Origin: Octopus bimaculoides | Lineage: Eukaryota | DNA: 53,762 nt | Direction: 5' to 3' | Assembly: GCF_001194135.2 (NCBI RefSeq) | Contig: NC_068984.1 | Span: 3,091,548-3,145,309 of the forward strand | In this document: piece after piece, positions 50,286 to 53,762 of the stretch | How positions within the stretch are numbered: position 1 is the first letter of the stretch | Layout: each line of letters opens with the position of its first letter | Program-made: the position numbers and the translations under genes | Notes under the pieces: generated by a model | Told to the model about the DNA's origin: nothing | The model's input: the letters and a program-made list of their open reading frames with translations, nothing else | Database searches by the model: none

Positions 50286-50578
50286 GAATATATATACTTG
50301 TGTGTGTGTGTGTCTGTGCGTGTGTAGGTATTTATGTATGTACGTATATACGTACATACAAAAAACGAATGGCTGTATGTATATGTATATGCATTTATGT
50401 ATGAAGGAATATAAGCATGTTTATGTGTATGTGTGCGTGCGTGCGTGTGTCTGTTTCCGTGTGTGTTTTCATTTATTTATTCAAATTAATTGTCGATGAT
50501 GACTGACTGTCTAATTTACCCAAATTTCATTAATTTGGGAATTCAGATTAAAATGGTGAGACGCATATAAGCATTGAA

Positions 50579-50634
<56 letters not shown>

Positions 50635-51789
50635 GCATGTATGCAGAGACATATGCACTCATATATACATAGTTACGCAGGCAGATGCATACACACAAAT
50701 GTCAATGTTTACATAGGAAAATACATGCGTACACACATACACACATATATGTACATACAAATAAACACACATACTTAGACACATACATTCAGGCATGTAT
50801 ACATTCATACATGCATATATACAAGCATATCTCCATATATACCTTCAGGTATATATACATCCGTATATACATAGATGCATATTTTGATGCTGACAGAGAG
50901 ACAAACGTAAAATATTTCATTTCATTTTGTTTGGAAACAACCTAACTCTAATTTCCGTTTCCATCTAACTCCGTGGAAATAGTGAAAGATAACAAAACAT
51001 ATCGGAAGGTCTTGTTGTCACTTCCTGCCAAATATTACTCATTGATGTATAATCTCCAGAAACGGAGAGCATCATCGATGATGCCTTCCATCCACAGGAA
51101 TCAACGAAAACAAAAATATGCCATAAAAAACATGGAGGCTTATCTGTGAGATATGAGGGGAATAAAAAAACTATCTAACGTTTAGACAGGGCAGCTTACA
51201 GCAAAACCCGCCTGGCACGAAACGGTAGGTATATCACTTCACTTCCTGACAAACTAACATTCGTTACTTTATTTAAATATATCAATATTTATGTGTTTAT
51301 TCCTTCATTTATTTGCTTCCATACGAAAGCTGAGTGTGTGGTTAAGCTACTATCTATCGATTTGATGCTGTAACTGGAAATAGCCGTATTTTTTTATTAT
51401 TTCACTGTGAATAAACCCCAAACATCGTTATATCTTCACTTTTCCTGAGAGCTACGTAAAGATCGCACACACATGCACACACAGACACACATATACACAC
51501 GCAATATACATACATACGTACACACACAGAGAAACACACACAGGCACACACATATATATGCAATCCATATATGTATATGCGTATATGTGTATACGGTACA
51601 TTTGTATGTATATAGAGAGAGTACACGCATATAGGTAGACGCTTAAATGAACATCATAACCCAAAGCATGTGTCAGATGCCCCAACAACCAACTTCTAAA
51701 GGCAGACACCACGAACCTTCTGCTTAAAGATTTTGCCTCTTTAAAGTGATGATAGACAGAGCACCGGTAACATCCGCTGAGACGAACAA

Positions 51790-51990
51790 TACTAAACTTA
51801 TTCCAAACAACTTCAAGTGCTGAGACAACCACCATTTACAGTCGTTTAAATCAATTGATCAGAAGAACCGTGCAGCTTTGTCGCAGTACTTTTGGCAATT
51901 AAGAGATCATCCAAATAATGTAAACTATTGTGGACAGAGCTCTCCCATATAACAATGGAGCTGTAAAATATGATTGTCTTGAGGCATTGA
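51790..51990 (+). mobile_element. Penelope-like GIY-YIG endonuclease C-terminal fragment, decayed
   Basis: NHHLQSFKSIDQKNRAALSQYFWQLRD, frameshift, IVDRALPYNNGAVK..CLE. Confidence 0.75.
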
Positions 51991-52360
51991 TCCTGGAATG
52001 GTCAGGGTTAATGCTGTACAGGAAATGCGTTGGCTTGTTCCTTTCCTGGCAGTGGAGACCTCTTCTTGGCAATTTTTATCCTTCCGAAGTATCCATGGAA
52101 CTTCCATAGTCTTCACAACCCACTAGACTATATCAGTTGTAGTACCGCTATATTTGACACTCGAACATCAGATCTTTGTACTCTTCACTACACAGTAGTA
52201 AATAAAACTACCAGCGATAACTTTATCTAGAATTAGTAACACGAGTAATCAAACGGCCATGAATCAATCGGTGTTTCATCAGTAAATCACTTTGTCAGGG
52301 TTCATTTCTAAACTCCTTGAACATATTCTTGTAGCATGAAACTCTGAGTAGTAATAGAGT

Positions 52361-52473
52361 GAATAATTACTAGGCTTACAAAGAATAAGTCCTGGGGTCG
52401 ATTTGCTCGACTAAAGGTGGTGCTCCAGCATGGCCGCAGTCAAATGACTGAAACAAGTATAAAAGTAAAAGAG
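52361..52473 (+). mobile_element. SINE family A 3' end
   Basis: actaggcttacaaagaataagtcctggggtcgatttgctcgactaaagg.ggtgctccagcatggccgcagtc. Confidence 0.92.
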
Positions 52474-53636
52474 TTAACCAGTCCAATTTTAGTTTTTTTA
52501 AAAATTTCTCACTCATGTCGATTATTTTTATATTTCCCAAATCCTCCAAACTGTCTGGGATTGGGAGATTGTTGTCTGTGAGACTAAAAACACTTTGGAA
52601 ATACTGAAAGTATTATTTGCAACTTTCACACAAAATTCTTGACATAAAAATACTTATTAGAAATATTCGATTTGCCACTGTGTTTATATTCGTAAGCCAC
52701 GTCATAGACGGTAGGTCTTGGATCATTTTGGTTACTTCACAGAGAGAAAATCTATCTTAGGTGATCCTTCCAAAATCATGTAGTTCCTAGCAAAATTCCT
52801 CATTTCAACCAACATCCCTCACTGGCAGGTAGTTGTATTAGGAGTAAATTATTATTAATATTATTGTTATTATTATCATCATCATTAACAATAATAATAT
52901 AAATAAGAAGGAGGAGGAGGAGGAGGAGGAGGAGNNNNNNNNNNNNNNNNNNNNNNNNNNNNNNNNNNNNNNNNNNNNNNNNNNNNNNNNNNNNNNNNNN
53001 NNNNNNNNNNNNNNNNNNNNNNNNNNNNNNNNNNNNNNNNNNNNNNNNNNNNNNNNNNNNNNNNNNNNNNNNNNNNNNNNNNNNNNNNNNNNNNNNNNNN
53101 NNNNNNNNNNNNNNNNNNNNNNNNNNNNNNNNNNNNNNNNNNNNNNNNNNNNNNNNNNNNNNNNNNNNNNNNNNNNNNNNNNNNNNNNNNNNNNNNNNNN
53201 NNNNNNNNNNNNNNNNNNNNNNNNNNNNNNNNNNNNNNNNNNNNNNNNNNNNNNNNNNNNNNNNNNNNNNNNNNNNNNNNNNNNNNNNNNNNNNNNNNNN
53301 NNNNNNNNNNNNNNNNNNNNNNNNNNNNNNNNNNNNNTATATATATATATATATATATATATATGCGTGTGTGTATGTATTTATGTATGTATGTTTGTAT
53401 GTATCTCGTAATGAGTCTTGTATAAATGATTATGTGCGGTATATATATTGAGTTGGTGCCTGTGTGCAGGTGTGTATGTGTGTACGTTCATGTTTGTGCA
53501 AGCACCCATATGTATGTGTGTGTACGTGTGTATGCTGTCTACTTAAAGTGTGTATATTTCCAATCCTTGTTCAACTATTTTGCTGTGCAACCGTGTACAG
53601 GCTGTGTGTTATGTAACTGTAGAAGTAAGTATTCGG

Positions 53637-53667
<31 letters not shown>

Positions 53668-53723
53668 AGTACAACTGGCTTAATGATATGCACAGTATGG
53701 ATGTATAAATTGTACGGTACAAC

Positions 53724-53762
<39 letters not shown>

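Overview
Eukaryotic, AT-rich, gap-ridden draft genomic DNA. It is probably an octopus (inferred from the extreme microsatellite density and the tRNA-headed SINE families; not verified by search). I could not support any intact host protein-coding exon. Almost all ORFs in the track come from microsatellites or N-runs. The window holds about 35 SINE copies or fragments from at least five families (my labels A-F). It also holds decayed autonomous elements recognisable at protein level: two Tx1/L1-clade LINE pieces (endonuclease, RT), an R4/Dong-clade restriction-like endonuclease region, a probable RTE-type 3' end with two C2H2 fingers, Penelope-like pieces (GIY-YIG C-terminus, two minimal hammerhead motifs), a Tc1 transposase 5' part and an internally deleted maT-like mariner. 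The most interesting signal is a candidate recursive splice site (polypyrimidine-CAG|GTGAGT at 14804/14805), followed by a 56-nt cryptic exon with stops in all three frames and a downstream GTAAGA donor. Next come two hammerhead motifs that both read CCGA instead of CUGA, inverted SINE pairs, and repeated retroelement insertion into or seeding of microsatellites. Repeat boundaries are approximate to a few bases.
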